Positions 12,001 to 24,583 of a stretch of 64,000 nucleotides of DNA are shown piece by piece; position 1 is the stretch's first letter, and every line of letters starts with the position of its first letter. Both the position numbers and the translations under genes were made by a program. Source of the stretch: Tubulanus polymorphus (lineage: Eukaryota > Animalia > Nemertea); assembly GCF_964204645.1 (NCBI RefSeq), contig NC_134025.1:3472001-3536000 (forward strand), in the 5' to 3' direction. Under the pieces are notes generated by a model. It had not been told where the DNA came from and ran no database searches. It saw only the letters and a list, made by a program, of their open reading frames with translations.

Positions 12001-15000
12001 CAGATGTTGATGCGCAATCATTAAGTCCATAATAAGATAAAATCCCACTATTTACAGATTAAAAGAATTTAAATACAAGAATGTATTTATTAAATCTAAA
12101 AAATTTAAAAGACACGACGTTTCGATCTCACCCTAGAGATCATCGTCAGGTGTGAGGGTGAGATCGAAACGTCGTGTCTTTTAAATTTTTTAGATTTAAT
12201 AAATAAATTCTTGTTTTTAAATTCTTTTAATCTGTAAATAGTGGGATTTTATCTTATTATCCGTTCACCACGTTTGAGTGTGGTTATCGTTCCATTAAGT
12301 CCATCGTTATTTCAGATAAATACCTGTAATTGGGCGGCTGGTAAATTAACATCACTGATCATCTCGGTACAAGGATGTTCAACTTGTAAACGAGGATTCA
12401 GTTCAAGGAATGAATACGTTCCTTCTTCAGCTTCATAAAGGTACTCAACAGTTCCAGCACTTATATAACCAACCATTTTAGCTAACGTAACAGCAGCCTG
12501 AAATAATATTAATTATCGTAGTTAAATCTGTAACTAACACGCTTCAAATACAGCGCGACGCACCACTTATTAATTCAATCTTACTTTCTCCATTTGTTCA
12601 AAGATATCATCATCAGCGATTGCCGCCGGTGCTTCTTCAATAATTTTCTGATGACGTCTTTGAATAGAACAATCTCGACCAAATATCGATATAGCATTTC
12701 CATAATTATCAGCCAATAACTGTACTTCTAAATGACGGGCAGATGAAGCGTACTGCATTATGAATATTGGTGATCCGGGAACTTCATTTTGGACCTACAG
12801 TTAAATTGATAAGATATTCAATGCCATGTTCTATGACTAGGATAAACTAATGCATCTCAATTTTGATGATAATTATAACATTTATTCATGTACTGCTCTC
12901 CAATGTATGTCAGAGCAGTTAACATAAGATACGTCATATTAAATTTCGAGAAAATGTTGTTTACAATGGTAAGTTTTAACACCAGACTTTAAATCGTCAA
13001 TATCTGTGCAGCTGTGCAAATTAAGAGGTGTAGATTGTTACTCAAAATTCAAACAGCTGAGGCAAAAGATCTATTACATAAAATGTTGTATTAAAAGGCT
13101 ATTAGAGAGAAGAAAGACATTCTTATGCTTTAAAACCCAATAAAACTGTTTCATACTTATATGCATTTTCTGGAAAGGAAATTCAATTCAAAGAGAGCTG
13201 GCATTATGCTATCAATTTAACACATTTGCGTAATAAGAAGGGCATCGACATAATGGATGGATGGATGGATGGATGGATGGATGGATGGATGGATGGATGG
13301 ATGGATGGATGGATGGATGGATGGATGTTGATGTTTTGGACATTTTGAGTTTTTCTCATTCAAGCCACAAACATATCTACCTGTCTGAACAAATTAAAAC
13401 CCAATAAAACTGTTTCATACTTATATGCATTTTCTGGAAAGGAAATTCAATTCAAAGAGAGCTGGCATTATGCTATCAATTTAACACATTTGCGTAATAA
13501 GAAGGGCATCGACATAATGGATGGATGGATGGATGGATGGATGGATGGATGGATGGATGGATGGATGGATGGATGGATGGATGGATGGATGGATGTTGAT
13601 GTTTTGGACATTTTGAGTTTTTCTCATTCAAGCCACAAACATATCTACCTGTCTGAACAAATTAAAACCCAATAAAACTGTTTCATACTTATATGCATTT
13701 TCTGGAAAGGAAATTCAATTCAAAGAGAGCTGGCATTATGCTATCAATTTAACACATTTGCGTAATAAGAAGGGCATCGACATAATGGATGGATGGATGG
13801 ATGGATGGATGGATGGATGGATGGATGGATGGATGGATGGATGGATGGATGTTGATGTTTTGGACATTTTGAGTTTTTCTCATTCAAGCCACAAACATAT
13901 CTACCTGTCTGAACAAATTTGGAAAGTCGTCACTGTTTTCAGCCTTTCGAATACCCTTTCCACCACCGCCTTCAGATGCTTTAATCATGACAGGGAAACC
14001 GATACGGAGAGCCTGTTCAACACCTTCATCAACATTCATCACACACGCTTTCCTGTATATATCTTCAGGAATCATAACTGGATCAGTTCGTGCATTGACA
14101 CTCGTCGGTTGATTACCTCCCCATTCTACTGTCAATGCTGTAAAACAATCATTCCTAACTTACCTAACTAAACAAACCTATAAACTAATCTTATAGGCAT
14201 AAAGAACATACTTCTGATTGGGAAAGGGGGCAACCAGCAAGGTTCCTTTATGAAGTAACTAAGTGCATTTGTTCATCCCTAATATCTTACATTAGGCCTA
14301 TAATCAGCACGAGTAACAGCTTGTATAGGGCTTTAGCCAATAATACACAAACCAACAATATAACCAAAATCTTACTAGTAGTTTATCGCTCAAAACAATC
14401 AACTACCGTCACTAGGTCACATATGTAAGCCTTGATAAAGTGGCGTTAGAACGAAACATCTAGCCTCGGATTGAACTGGCGCAGGGGGCCTACATTTTGA
14501 ATCTGTTCTGTGAATTGTATTCAGATGTCTATAAATCTACATTTTAACAACTCAAAATAATAAGAGAAATCACTTACAGTCACCGCTCCAAGGTAATGTA
14601 GGAACTCCAGCACTTTGGGCGACTATAGAAGAAGCAATCTTATCTCCTAAAGCCCACATAGCATTTTCCGGGGGCCCGATGAAGGCAACGCCAGACTTGT
14701 GTAACAACTCCGGTAATTTCGGATTTTCCGAAGCATGTCCCCAGCCGGCCCAAACTGCTTGAACTTGAGTTCTCCGAGCTATATCGAGGATGAGTTCAAC
14801 ATTAGCATAATTATTGTTGTTCGTACCACCGGGAACTGGCACATACTGATCTGCCATTTTTATATACTCTACAAACAAAATCAGCAAATCATATTCTAAC
14901 ATTCAGATGAATTTCTAGCCATTGACATAATAAAACTACTCAATTATATGATAATTAAGGACATCCGGAGAAATATTGTTAGGAATTATAATCGGGTTCT

Positions 15001-17230
15001 TGCCCAGGAGAACATGGTTTATGAAATATTTGACAGATAGTAGACAGATACGAACCTGCATTGGCTTTAAGATCTTCAGGAGTAACCATTACTACAAAGC
15101 GAATCGCACGTTCATTCTTGAACATTTCATACGACCAGCGTCGCACCGATCGAATACACTTCACTGCAGCAATACCATTGTTAGCAATCAAAACCTGCAT
15201 AGAATCATTAATAACTATATACGGATATGACAGGCGAACACAGGTATCTCACTGGAAATCCTCAAAATAACCTCCCAAACCCAGGTCCGGCATTGACATT
15301 GCTCTCTGTTAACCAAAAATCTACTTTGAATGAGATAGATTCCAATACCAGAAAAATTGCAAAGCAAAGTAGGTTTTTTGGTTTCTCATCAGATATCAAT
15401 GGTCTAGGCCTATACGAAATGGCCAATTGTATTTTTGGAATTCAAGATAGTCATCTCAATTGGTTTTTCAAATTATTGGACCAGGTACAGCCAAAACCAT
15501 AATACTATCCCCCCCCCCACTTTGTTTGTGGATATAAATATTAGTTAACTTGTATGATAGACTTACCTTGTTTATAACTCGGTTACCGCCAAATTTGTGC
15601 ACAAATTCTTCTGGTGTAGCAACAGCCAGGTCTTTGTACTTATTGGCAAAATCTTTTCTCAGTAAAGGTCCCGACATATTACGCCTAAAATATATAACAT
15701 TTAATCACGTACAACATTCTAGAATAATTCAATCTTTACTGCAACAATATATTCTCCCATCAAGCCGTGATTGTTCCATTTAGAAGCACCTCTTACCTCT
15801 AATGTAAAAATCTCTTAAAGCCCCAAATGTTTGGCAAATAATGTATAGTTTTCTAAAGCTGAGATAATTAAGGTTTATAGAGGACTCGAGCATGCGATAA
15901 AGGCAAGAGATAATGATAAGCAAAGCTTTAGCCATCAATAAACAATAGGCCCAATAGATTGTTTCATGTGAAAAAGTACGTATTACCAAATTATTTCATT
16001 TTCAATTTCTCATAATCAGCAGCTATACTTAGATACTTCTAAGATAAAAATATAATAACTGTATTGCAGTATTGCACATAGCACAGTAGGACAGGTTCTT
16101 TCTATTAACATAAGAAGTAACAAACAAAATCAAGTTTCAAATTGATTTTTTCAGCGTTTGTTAGTATGCAGTTAATGGATATTATTAGTTGTAGAAATAA
16201 GGGCGCAATGGCAGAACAACCTAGAGAATTCATAACAAAACATTGAATGCCCCAAATCGAACTTACATTTCATGTAGACATATATCAAATATTTGAAATG
16301 GTATGATTTCTCTGTAAAATAATTATACAGTCTCCATTGGGATTTGAAATGGTAAATTTTCACGCGAATTGAACTCTTAACAAACCTAGATCAGAATGAG
16401 TAGATGATAACTCATTAATGAGTTCGTATTGTTTACTGCTCCAGCTGTGGACAGCCATAGCTCATTGGAGTTTGACAACACAACAGCATGGATAAGCATA
16501 ATTCATCATATATTGCACATATGTTTTAGGCTACAAATCTGTCAGAATAGGCGATAAGTACTTTCAATTCTGACAACTTCATTGCACCAAAAAAAGCATT
16601 TTACAAGTACATTGAAAAAGGCAAAAATACGCAGCCTACCCAATAATAGTTCCACTGTCATTCCTAAAAACATAATTGAACTAAATCGATACAAAACGTA
16701 ATAAATCTTTCTTAAAACTGAATAAGGATTTATAGAATATTTAAACCATAAATGCCATGTTAAATTCTAATCGAAGCAATATACAATAGACGAAAAAGAA
16801 AATGCTTCACAATTGAATCTGAAAATTTCGTTCAATCAAAACTTGACAAGAATGGAAGAGAATAAACTCACCTCATAATGCCACCAGAAACAGTAGGCGT
16901 AGAGGCCATACTCTCAATAGAGATACTCCTAATAACATCATTACTATTGCTGCGAGACAGAGGTGAATTTGGTCGTCTGGACGCTACAAAATCTATTCCT
17001 CCAATCGAACTGCTACTAGAAACTCGACTCGATTCATTCAAACCATTACTGCTTTCAGTTAACTCTGATATATCGTTTTCACTATTACTTTGCGCGTTGA
17101 GCATGTTTCCATCAGCTTTCTTCTGATTATCCATAGTCACCTGATCAGCTACGGCAGTATTCTCCGGTATACTGCCCGATATGCAGTCCACCTCAGAATG
17201 TGACCTCTGTGATTTCTTAGGTCTAGGCAT
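1..17230 (-). CDS. ACACA: Acetyl-CoA carboxylase (multi-exon; 3' end lies beyond the left edge of the window)
   Basis: Spliced exons give the BC domain ([33 protein letters not shown]), the biotinyl motif EVMKM (~10520), the central domain ([14 protein letters not shown]) and CT motifs ([24 protein letters not shown]). ATG 17230 (MPRPKK) is inferred. An AMPK-type site [10 protein letters not shown] spans the first coding splice junction. Confidence 0.97.
3347..3418 (-). CDS. ACC mutually exclusive exon, variant B ([24 protein letters not shown])
   Basis: 72 nt, tttcag|...|gtac, phase 0-0; homologous to the [13 protein letters not shown] motif. Confidence 0.88.
4049..4117 (-). CDS. ACC mutually exclusive exon, variant A ([23 protein letters not shown])
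   Basis: 69 nt, tttcag|...|gtttg, phase 0-0; paralogous to 3347-3418. Confidence 0.88.
12019..12304. mobile_element. Penelope-like element (pLTR) remnant with inverted duplication, in an ACC intron
   Basis: About 105-bp inverted arms (12029-12134 and 12155-12260, about 2 mismatches), a 12-bp direct repeat CATTAAGTCCAT at 12019-12030 and 12293-12304 (TSD-like), and a hammerhead motif typical of Penelope-like elements. Confidence 0.8.
12111..12154 (-). ncRNA. Minimal type I hammerhead ribozyme
   Basis: Minus strand reads acac-CTGACGA-T-GATCTC-tagggt-GAGATC-GAAA-CGTC^gtgt: conserved core, 6-bp stem II, stem I acac/gtgt and a palindromic ACGT mini stem III. Confidence 0.8.
13131..13918. repeat. 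Three tandem copies (264, 268, 256 bp) each containing a (GGAT)n microsatellite and a copy of an ACC exon end plus splice donor
   Basis: Near-identical units start at 13131, 13395 and 13663 and differ in GGAT copy number. Confidence 0.95.
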
Positions 17231-17313
17231 GATTATTATGCTGAAAGATAGTGATTTAACCAATGACTGAAATGATATCAAACAAATTTACATAAAGCTA
17301 GATAGCCTTAACA

Positions 17314-17389
17314 TATGAGATAAAATATGACCCCAGATGACCATTTACTATTATGAGATAATATATGACCCCAGATGACCATTTACTAT
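17314..17389. repeat. 38-bp tandem duplication
   Basis: tatgagataaaatatgaccccagatgaccatttactat twice, with 1 mismatch. Confidence 0.9.
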
Positions 17390-18030
17390 TATTATTATTT
17401 ATATGATATACCGATCACCTAAGAATATCTATTTGTATATATGGATTTTTTTAGATATCAAAATCTGAACACTGGAACAAACATTCAACCACTAAATATA
17501 ATCATTTTGTAAGAAATCAAAATTTTCAATAGGCCTAAAACAAACACCATGTCAATTTCAAAGCTTTATGCATAGTTTACTGTAGTATGACCATTGGATT
17601 CCATTCTAGACTTTTGAAATCTTCATTTTGCTGAAGCCTATATAAATCAGGAAGTGTTCTTACATGCACACTCCATTGTGGCATCAAAAGATAACGCTAT
17701 GGTTAACTCAGATATCATGATAACTGTCTTGAGATAAACAGGTCTGATCAGCTAGGTTGATTTAAGTTCATTCACTGATTTTAAGGCGATAAACACAATT
17801 ATAAGTACTATGTACTGGTATTATGTTCCAGTACATTGTCTCAGTCACTTCAACTTAGGCCTATATCATTTTGAATCTAAGAGTATGATTATTGGAATCA
17901 GAAAGCCTAATCGATCATTATGCAATTGATTCTGATCATGGATAGAAGAATACGTTGTGTATTCTTTGTAAACAGTTTTTCACTTATTGTACAATGAATT
18001 GTTTCTAAACTTATTCCAATGTGTCCATCA

Positions 18031-18079
18031 TGATGATGATGATGATGATAATGATGATGATGCTGATGATGCTGATGAT
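18031..18079. repeat. Imperfect (GAT)n microsatellite
   Basis: Seen directly in the sequence. Confidence 0.9.
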
Positions 18080-18172
18080 AAGAAGCTTGTAATCAGAGAA
18101 TGGTCAGCACCAGTATCAATTTCATATAAATTGAAAATTCAAATACAACTTTCAAACACTGGTTTTCAGCAT

Positions 18173-18250
18173 AGTTCAGTGGTTTAGTGGTTGAGCCGCA
18201 CACAGGTCTTCAAGAGTTTGAGTCCCAGGTTCAAATCCTGGTTAGGGTCA
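18173..18250 (+). mobile_element. tRNA-derived SINE head or tRNA pseudogene
   Basis: A-box-like TGGTTTAGTGG (18180-18190) and B-box GGTTCAAATCC within a perfect ccagg/cctgg T-stem. No convincing acceptor or anticodon stem. Confidence 0.55.
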
Positions 18251-19513
18251 TTATTTGATGCAATCTACATATTGCACTGAAGATTTTTTGTATCATTTTC
18301 AGGGCTGTTGCCAGACTCATTCAAGGCAACGGGTTCAAAAAAGCCTAGATATGAGTCGGCGAGGTCAGGTTGTACTTTATTTAATAAGGAAAGGCACTTT
18401 TAGAAAATTCCAGAAATGCACAGCCCCAGACTGGCTGTTTAAATTATTGAACATTGAAATAAGGTCTAAATAAAATGACCTAAAATGACATATGGTTATC
18501 ATTGAATGACTTGTCAATTATGATCGATCTGTTTAATTGTAAACAAGTTAGCATTTTCTATCATCTGCTGCCACCAGGCATAATTTTGTTGATTGAATTT
18601 GTTTTATCAATTTGCCTGAAAAGGGACAAGGCTTGAAACCATTAGCTCGTGAAAGTGCTTCATTCACCATAGTAAGAACGGGTCTAGTATACCTTTGTTC
18701 TGCTGCATGATCAAGTTCCACGGTTTAGATGCCAGCTGATTGCAGATTGACATGCATCACCTACCATACACAGGAAGTGAGAATAGTGACATCATAATTT
18801 ATGGAGAGCAATATCGGCAAAAATTTGGATAAATCCTTATTTGTCCGTCAGTCTTTGTAATTCTTGTATTATCATAGAAATATATTTCAAAGCAAATTGA
18901 GTTTTATGGATTATTTGACTTATTTCGTGTATGTATACGATTTCTAATTTTGTCTTATATTGCCTCCCATAATAGAGAGCCTCAGTCTGGTAGCCATCTT
19001 GAAGGCGATTTCGAGGTTTGTGACTCGTTTTCACTTAGTGCTGTTGATCAGCTGTTTCGAGCATCTTATCTCCAAATGCCGCCGTCGACTTTTTTAAACG
19101 TTGACATTATGTCCGAAATATATGAAATGGAGACAAGATTTCCGTACGAACAGCTCTAAGAGTTTTTTTATGTCATAAACGAATTGATAAAGAGTCGATG
19201 AATACCGATTTATTCAATCTAAATCCAGAAACTGTCAAGCGTCCCCTCCACCCCTCTCCTCATTTCAAAAACTTTCTTCTGCCACCAGTCCAAGTCACTG
19301 TCAGTGTCATGTGATAAAAGAAGTTTCCTCATAGGTCATAGCCTATTACACAAATTTTAAAGACATTTTCAATTCCTTAATAGTTCAATTTTTTCATTTC
19401 CTTGCTGCAGTTGGGCCTTATCAGTGGTATAAGCATGGCTTCAGCCCCTGAGAATTATTTGAATCATGATGTTTTAACTTACTCTATTTACTATTTAAAT
19501 AGATCAGTCTGTA

Positions 19514-22500
19514 ATGGCAGAAGAACATCATTTACAAGAAGGTGGAAAGAATGGAACGTGTAGTTTGATAGAATTAGGTGATATTGAAGCAGTATGTAAT
19601 GATCCTCGAGGAGATTCTATTCTAATTGGCGGTGCCGCAGCAGCGAATGATACTATACTTGGAGGTTCAATTAAAATTCAATTTTTAAGATATTTAACAG
19701 GGTCCCTACAACTCCTCGATTCCTAGAAACTCCTTATAAATGGAAAATGCTACAAGTGCTCAAAAATTCAATTTTGAGAATTTGAAATTTTTGTCTAGTT
19801 TTTAGTTGTGCAGTAGACTACACCTAAATAGGTACAACAGTTGGAACCAGGATTTATTTTACCAAATTAGACGGTTACCAAATGAGTTTGCCGTGATAGG
19901 CCTAAACAGTACTGATTTAGGAGTCTACGGTAATTGAGATGCTAGTGACGCAGATGAAATTTTCTCCTTTAAAACTGCTTATATCCAGGAATGACTGATG
20001 TGTAGGGACCTTGTTTGATTGTTGGAGTGAATTCTTATGCTGTTGTTCTCTGTTGTTCCCTTATTTGTGAGATGTGTATTTTGTAGCATTGGGAGATGGA
20101 ACTGGTATTTTGGCTGCTGGTAATGCCACTCAATTAATATCATCGACGCAGTGTCTCCCCGCTGAAGCGTTTCAGATAGTAGCTCTGAGCGGTAACAGTG
20201 AAATAGGTGCGGCTGTTCAGTTAATCGGTACAAAAGGATGGCAGTTACAGGTCGTACCAAACCCTGATAATCCTGAGGTAGCTACAGTTATAGCCATACA
20301 ACCGACAACATTTACAGCTGAATCCGGTAAGCTTTACTCCGATTATTCTACTCATTCATTCATTCATTCATTCATATTTTTCCTGCAATGCCTGAAAGAG
20401 AAACTCATTTTAGACGCTTCCAACAATGAAGGCCAAGAACACGAACCTCAACAATCTGCGGTAGTAAATATGTCAGCTACAGATCAGATAACAGCAACTG
20501 ATATAACTAGCATTCTTATGCCACCCCCACCACCTCCACCTAATTTACCGGAAGGAACTAATTTTCCTGCATGGGCCGCTCGTCTCAAAGACTGTGAGGT
20601 AAGGGTTTGGTTTAGACCTAGAGAGATTCTCTCCCAAATATTTCTTATTGATTCCATTATTTACATCTGTTTGTATGACTGTTATTTCAGTACATCGGTG
20701 ATTCATTCCGTGGTTGGATCGAAAATGAAGTTGAATTAGATCTCTTACTAACATATCATAAACAGCAAACGCAAAGTTTTTGGGGCACGAGGCAATCACC
20801 GAGTCCTGCTAAACCATCAACGCGTCTAATGTGGAAGTCGCAATATGTACCTTTTGATGGTATACCGTTTATCAATGCAGGTAAGTTCTTTGTTTTTCAG
20901 CCATTTCTAAAATATCATCTTATTGGATAGTTTTCTGATTGTTTTGCTAATTACAGGAAGTCGAGCAATTGTTATGGAATGTCAATTTGGGCCGCGGCGA
21001 AAAGGTGCTTCTCATAGAAAAGAAGGAGATATTGTAGTTAAGGGAGAATTTAAACAGACATGTCCCGCTAGGTTGATAACATATTTTCATCACATTTCAA
21101 TGCATTAACTATAACCCGAAATGGGCATTTAGCTCTGTATTTGATTGAATTTTTAGGATTTATATCAAGAAAGTTGTGAAATTTGTTGATTTTGCGGTCG
21201 ATACTTCTTTAGATAAAAAGGCTCTAAAAGCAGCTATGGATAAAGCCTTTACTGAATTAAAATTGCAAGGAATATCGAACAAAGGAGTGGAAAGGTAGTG
21301 GATATAGACGTGGAATATCTGGTTGGAACCTAGAATAATGTATTTTTGTTAGTGTTAATTCCCTTACATTTTATTAGGTTCTACGTACAACTTCCTACGG
21401 CAAAAGCTCATGAATTTCATGGTGATAATAACACGATAATTCCAATACCAGAGGTTGAACCAGCACCGGTTCAACTGAAGCGTCTTCATCCTCAAGTTGC
21501 TGATAAAATCCGAGAATTAGTCGCTACTGGTGAAACTCGTATTTACGCCATCAGAAAACAGCTACGGTAAGAATACATTGCGTCTTACATTGAAATTCCC
21601 CTCGTAAAAACCAATATCACGGCTTTGTTTCTGGTTTTGTTGCAGGAGATTCGTTGAAAAGGATATGAGGTCTCCAGTGATTCCTGAACGACATGATCTA
21701 ACATTGTTTCCTACTGTTAATGATCTTCAGAATCACATACATCAAGCTTTAAAAGATATGGAAGCAGGAATTTTACCTATGTCGGTTCCTACTGTGAGTA
21801 CGCATCGTATACAACTTCACATATATCTTGTTTTATTCTGTTGTTCTTCACTGAATTTATGTGAAATGTTCTTCTTTTGTCTAGACCAATATAGTAACAT
21901 TAAAGTCGGATGCACCCTGTTTATTGCCAAAAGATTCAACGAATACAATTTGGGTCGGTGGAGGTGATGCACCTCAAGCTGAAATAGTTACACTTACATT
22001 AAGTCAACAGCCTGGCGATGGTAAGTAAAGTTACTGCCGTATTATTTACTTAACAACACATGTAACATTTGAGTATAAACAATTCATATCAAATACTGTT
22101 TAAATCGAAATTACGATTATTTTTCTATTTCAGATGGACATGTGATATCTAAAGTGGAAACACATCTAAGCGATGGTTCAACTCAAATAAGTCCCGCTCT
22201 CACACCAGAAACAGCTTCATTATTATCAAAAATTCATCCAAATATGTTCACTGCAAATAACCTATTATCTGTATGTTATGATAATTGTGTCTCTGAAATT
22301 ATTCCTAAGATGACTGTATGGATTTTTTCAAATTTTGTTTTTTTTTTGTCTTCAGCCAATCGTCGAGGGGGAATTACAACAAATGAATGACACCAGTCAA
22401 AACAATGATTCAGTTCCCTGTGAGGAATTAACTATAAAATCAGATCACGGTACAATTGCTGATGACTTACTGAAATCAGAAACTGGTGGAATCAGTACTG

Positions 22501-22752
22501 ACCATCATTCACTTAATATTGCACCAGATGATAGTGTGTTGGCTGTTGAAGACAGTAAGTATTGAATGGGCTTCTCTTACAGAGTAACTGTTGCAATTCA
22601 GGATTCATCTTGTGACATGGACATTGAAAACTTTTGATACGAAACTGAGACCCAATTTCTAATACGTTTCAGATAGTAACTCTGAAGTGCTGCACCTAGA
22701 TCTGAAATCTCCACATAGCTTGAACGAAGAAATGCTACTTTGTCATTCATGA
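19514..22752 (+). CDS. CARF: Calcium-responsive transcription factor (multi-exon)
   Basis: Spliced [58 protein letters not shown] and [20 protein letters not shown] match the CaRF DNA-binding region. The 3' terminal exon is uncertain. Confidence 0.9.
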
Positions 22753-23769
22753 CAATTAACCAATGACCAGATCAATCAAGATGAAACAGTTGATTTAAAT
22801 CACCTCACTGCAATGTCTGTCAATCATTGATCCGATCTTTATCTTGTACACTGATGGTGTATATATTAAAACTGTGATATCCTCTGTTTATTACCTGTGC
22901 TATTCATCCATTTTCTCTATTAGTCATACGTATTTGAGAGTAAATGTAATTGAAATAGAAACTTACTACATATCTGTAACTGAAGCATGAAATTTCAAGA
23001 TGTAATTCAATATTTGTTTGCACTGGGTTTTTTTGGATTTTGCATTTAAAGTAACTTGTTAACATATATCCTACAATTGCTGTATCTCCCTAATGAACGG
23101 GTTGAGTTATTAAGTTGTAAGAATGTTACGATTTGCTTATTCTCGGTGATTTGTCACTCCTGATTTTAGCAGGTGAATCTTTTCCATGAGGGCATTGGGC
23201 TTGAAAATGTTAATTTATGTAAATATTATCTATAATAATTTAACGAAGTACATTTTGAATTTTTATACTAACTGTTGAAAAAATAAATTAATTGAAAATT
23301 CAACTCTTAACTCTGCAAACATGAGTAGTTATTTTTGGCTTGAAGCTCACTATATACCATACAGAAGATTCCTCGTATTGGGGCTGGTGAAGTAAGACAC
23401 TGGAATTTAGTTCACATATTGTTGCAATAGTTGTATCGTGTTCGAGTAAAGTGACTTGAAGGCATTTGAGTTAGATTATGATGTATTGTTATTATCATAT
23501 AGATAGGCAAGGTTTCACTCTAAATAAGTTGAAAACGTTCTTAATCTAGTTTCAACTGCACCGGTGGCAGGGTCCTACTTTAGGTGCAATTTCATTTGCC
23601 AGGCTGCTTTCTATTACCTATAGTTGATTAATACGGTAGTAATTTTAAAACTTCCCAAAAAGTCGTTTTGCAAAACTTTCTCGTTAGATTCGACTCGGTA
23701 ATACATAATCTTTTACAGGGTTGTTTTCGATGATTTCAGCCGGCGGCCAGTGGTGTCAGAGTTCTTGAC

Positions 23770-23911
23770 CGTCAAGGGCTGCCCCTATGAATATCATAAG
23801 CGGTAAAAACAGGAACTAATTCCACTGCAAAATATTCTTACTGTAGCATGCGGGTAAAGAGTTAGTTCACATATTCGCCGTCAACGTTATATTTAGGGGC
23901 AGCACTTAACG
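23770..23911. mobile_element. Small inverted-repeat-bounded element (MITE-like)
   Basis: About 22-bp imperfect terminal inverted repeats: cgtcaagggctgcccctatgaatat and atatttaggggcagcacttaacg. Confidence 0.4.
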
Positions 23912-24163
23912 CATACAGATCAATTTCTTACTGTGGCATGCGAGTAATATAGCTTTTCCTGAATTTTTTCATCAACATGACACCATAATCAAAAATAGTG
24001 AAATTATGGCTATAGTACGATACAATGCATTGGCTAGGTACACCGTTTAATTTACCAGCACAGTGGTTAGCACGCACATTGCGAACCCCTTTATGAACTC
24101 TCGTCTCCTCGGCAAGCGAGTATATCGTTTTCGGTACAGCGATTCATTAACAATTTTGTCGTG

Positions 24164-24186
24164 TGACGTCATTGGGTTAATGGCGT
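24164..24186 (+). promoter_or_regulatory. Putative golgin promoter: CRE palindrome, inverted CCAAT and YY1-like ATGGCG
   Basis: TGACGTCA at 24164-24171 overlaps ATTGG and is followed by ATGGCG, about 400 bp upstream of the ATG. Confidence 0.45.
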
Positions 24187-24583
24187 TGTTTCGTGTAGTA
24201 TAGTGAATGAGAGCTCAGCTGTCGCCAAATAAATCCTCATAAATGTATTGTATCAGCTAGAAATTGATCTGATGACCTTGTACTTTAATGTAAGTAAATA
24301 TTCTCCCTGGTTATAAGTGTATATTAAGCTCAATTTCTTATATATTTCAGTGTTAATTCGTTCTTCGTTTTGTTGATAGTTGTTTCGTGTTTTTCTGACG
24401 TAGACAACAATAGAGATTTCCCGCCATTGCATTGATTTGAATTGGGTCAATCATCATCAATATCAACACAATAGCCAAATAGACATTGGGGCGCTAATCA
24501 TGACCCATTGTCGATTCATTTCAGAATTGAAACACCAAACAAGGAATATTCATTAGAGTTAGAGTAAACAAAAAGGAAGCAAA

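Noticed and set aside
13131-13918. Repeat array as CRISPR-like
   Set aside because: Eukaryotic intron, long identical units, no unique spacers and no cas genes.
13490-14171. Plus-strand ORFs with MDGW repeats
   Set aside because: They are translations of the (GGAT)n microsatellite, antisense to ACC.
15780-15989. Hydrophobic ORF as an ACC2-like alternative N-terminal exon
   Set aside because: Its donor (AGAG|gtaaga) is phase 1 but the next ACC exon needs phase 2.
18173-18250. tRNA-Sec or opal suppressor tRNA
   Set aside because: No acceptor stem, anticodon stem or long variable arm can be formed.
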